Origin: Veleropilina oligotropha
Taxonomy: Eukaryota
Assembly (NCBI GenBank): GCA_048128005.1
Contig: JBEUKZ010000115.1
Span: forward strand, 372,001-436,000
DNA: 64,000 bases
Direction of reading: 5' to 3'
How positions within the stretch are numbered: the first letter of the stretch is position 1; each line of letters starts with the position of its first letter. The notes below the pieces were generated by a model. It did no database searches. It was not told the DNA's origin and was given only the letters and a program-made list of their open reading frames with translations. Of the stretch, positions 62,055 to 64,000 are shown in pieces. Both the position numbers and the translations under genes were made by a program.

Positions 62055-63606
62055 GTATTTTAGAATGACGCTGAGCAATTTTGGTGTCTGTACTGGGCCA
62101 GAGTGGTGGAATCCCTTTCAATTTTACTTAAAATGACATCACTACATGGAATCCTCTACGCGCAAATAAATCTCGCGTGCAGGAAAGGGGACCGATTGCT
62201 TTTTTGTAGGACGGACGAAATTGTAGCTTGACATGCACGACTCAATGTTCGGTCATACATAACAGAACTGGTTCCTTTTCCTGCACGTGAACTGCGCGCG
62301 ACGTGCACGCACATGTTTTCTGCCCTTTATTATTCGAGGTATTTACGTCACGACGATATTATACAAAGGTGCAATGGCGTTACAACGTCCGAGGAACAAC
62401 GTTATTTCGACATCGAATTATCACGTTGAAAACAACTCTGATTATTCGATGTGTTTACTTTTCGACGAAAGGGTACAATGCCGACGGCAGCCATATTGGA
62501 TGATTTTTACTCTACCTCTTCCCTCTTCCGCCTCGGGGGGGGGGGGGGGGGGGTGGGTGAGAGAGCAGTAGAGATATTCTGAAAACAGAAGACCCCTTCC
62601 GAGTCGAATCGATCGACTGGAAGACACTAGATTCAGAAGATGTGAATCGATCGCGCCCATGTCTTTGTCCCGGTTGAGTTACTGTATAATTTCTTTAAAT
62701 TAATTAAACCGTGATAAGTCGAACTTGGATAACTCGAATGAAGTATTTTGGAAGTCCCCGTGTAACTATTTCTTCATATGGATATCACAAGAACTACATG
62801 TGACAATTATAATACGAGACAGCATTCGTTTTTTAGGTATCGGAACACTTTGCATGATTTAATTCGATGTCAATCACGACCGCGCATAAAAATTATATTT
62901 ACAATAATATTGCCAAGAAAATTTATCGTTATTACTGTCGAACGGTCAGATTAATATTATAATATAATATGAATCAATCAATTTAGTCTAGTGTTGGGAC
63001 ATATAACATGTAACATGGGGTATTATATGACACCGTGGGCCTTGCTTATTTTGATAAGTTAGCAATAAAAGACCAATCATGAATGACAGGACGAAGCTTA
63101 CATATTTATATAAGAAAGCATTAACTTGTCTCAAGAGAGACTGTGATATAGTGGAAACCACTAAAACATTGAAAATGCATGCCTAAATATAGAAATCATG
63201 TCAAAAAGGCTATTATATCAACAGACATATAAGAAGGACATTAACCATTAAACTAATTTAACTGGCATCAATTGCGTTTCCATTGAAATTAATAAAATTC
63301 TGACTATTTTATTATACCACATTACCAAAGGATAACGCCATTATGATATCAAGTGTAAGCACGTTATTTATTCAAGTTCTCAACTTTTGTTGTACTACGA
63401 ATCGAGGTTCAAAATGTATCAATATTTTCCATCAGTTGTTACTGGTGAGGGCAAACACAAAAACCCACGACATTATACAACACGTGATATGATAGGAAAG
63501 ATCATTTTGCCGCATCTCTTCCAGCAGGTCAAAGTGTTGGAATGATGCCTTTTAACAAACCATTTTAACCTCTTTCTAATTTTGGGTTTATCTCTATCAA
63601 AAGTAG

Positions 63607-63885
63607 GGCCGCTCTGATAGTCGTGTGGTTTTGGTTGTAGACTCCGAAAAATCACTGGCTTCATTTCGCTGACAAGTACAGTAGTGGTTTCAAACCTCGG
63701 TTGAGATATGGCATTATATGTTCAAGTTAAGTCACAGTTGTCCGTAACAGGTCGGAAAGGGCGGATTTCCATTTCCACGGACGACCTGGCTTTCCTCCCG
63801 CGATAATATGGACACGTCATGCTTTGAACCTAATGATGGCTGGAAATATTCAGAACATTGAACATCATCCTTTCCTTTCCTCTAT
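63607..63885 (+). mobile_element. Diverged copy of the SINE family
   Basis: Same head, central and tail blocks. Other partial copies at about 9500-9640, 18115-18283, 22900-23140, 52210-52410 and 56600-56760. Confidence 0.78.
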
Positions 63886-64000
63886 CAATAGCAAGTGACA
63901 ATGCTATAGCGACCTAGGGATCTAAACATTCATGTGCCACCGACGACAGCAATAATAACTGTAATATTTCATTAATATTGCGTCTTTGGTGGCCACAATG

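Noticed and set aside
61808..62068. Recurring MLNVLYIYNIEVQGRTCPC.. ORFs (also 18082-18273)
   Set aside because: Chance frames of the multicopy SINE.

Overview
AT-rich animal genomic DNA, probably lophotrochozoan/mollusc-like (inferred only from the repeat types). It holds the last seven coding exons of NOC2L (+ strand, 22430-45183) and the last two coding exons of NAA38/LSMD1 (- strand, 49469-48059, joined by a GC-AG intron); the two genes converge tail-to-tail. The large introns are packed with mobile DNA: a near-full-length but frameshifted DIRS1-type tyrosine-recombinase retrotransposon (29104-36438), many V-type and one CORE-type tRNA-derived SINE, Helentron-associated (HINE-like) elements with internal tandem repeats, Harbinger- and Tc1/mariner-type MITEs, and palindromic Crypton-like elements, often nested. 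Six homogeneous minisatellites of 1.2-2.7 kb explain nearly all long ORFs outside the DIRS element. The most striking pattern is that most arrays are amplified junctions: a NOC2L exon end plus its splice donor, SINE 5' and 3' edges, or a SINE interior. There is also a pair of facing, promoter-like ATGGCGG starts between the two gene ends. I found no CRISPR array or prokaryotic system. Copy numbers are estimates (length divided by unit) and homology calls come from recall, not searches.
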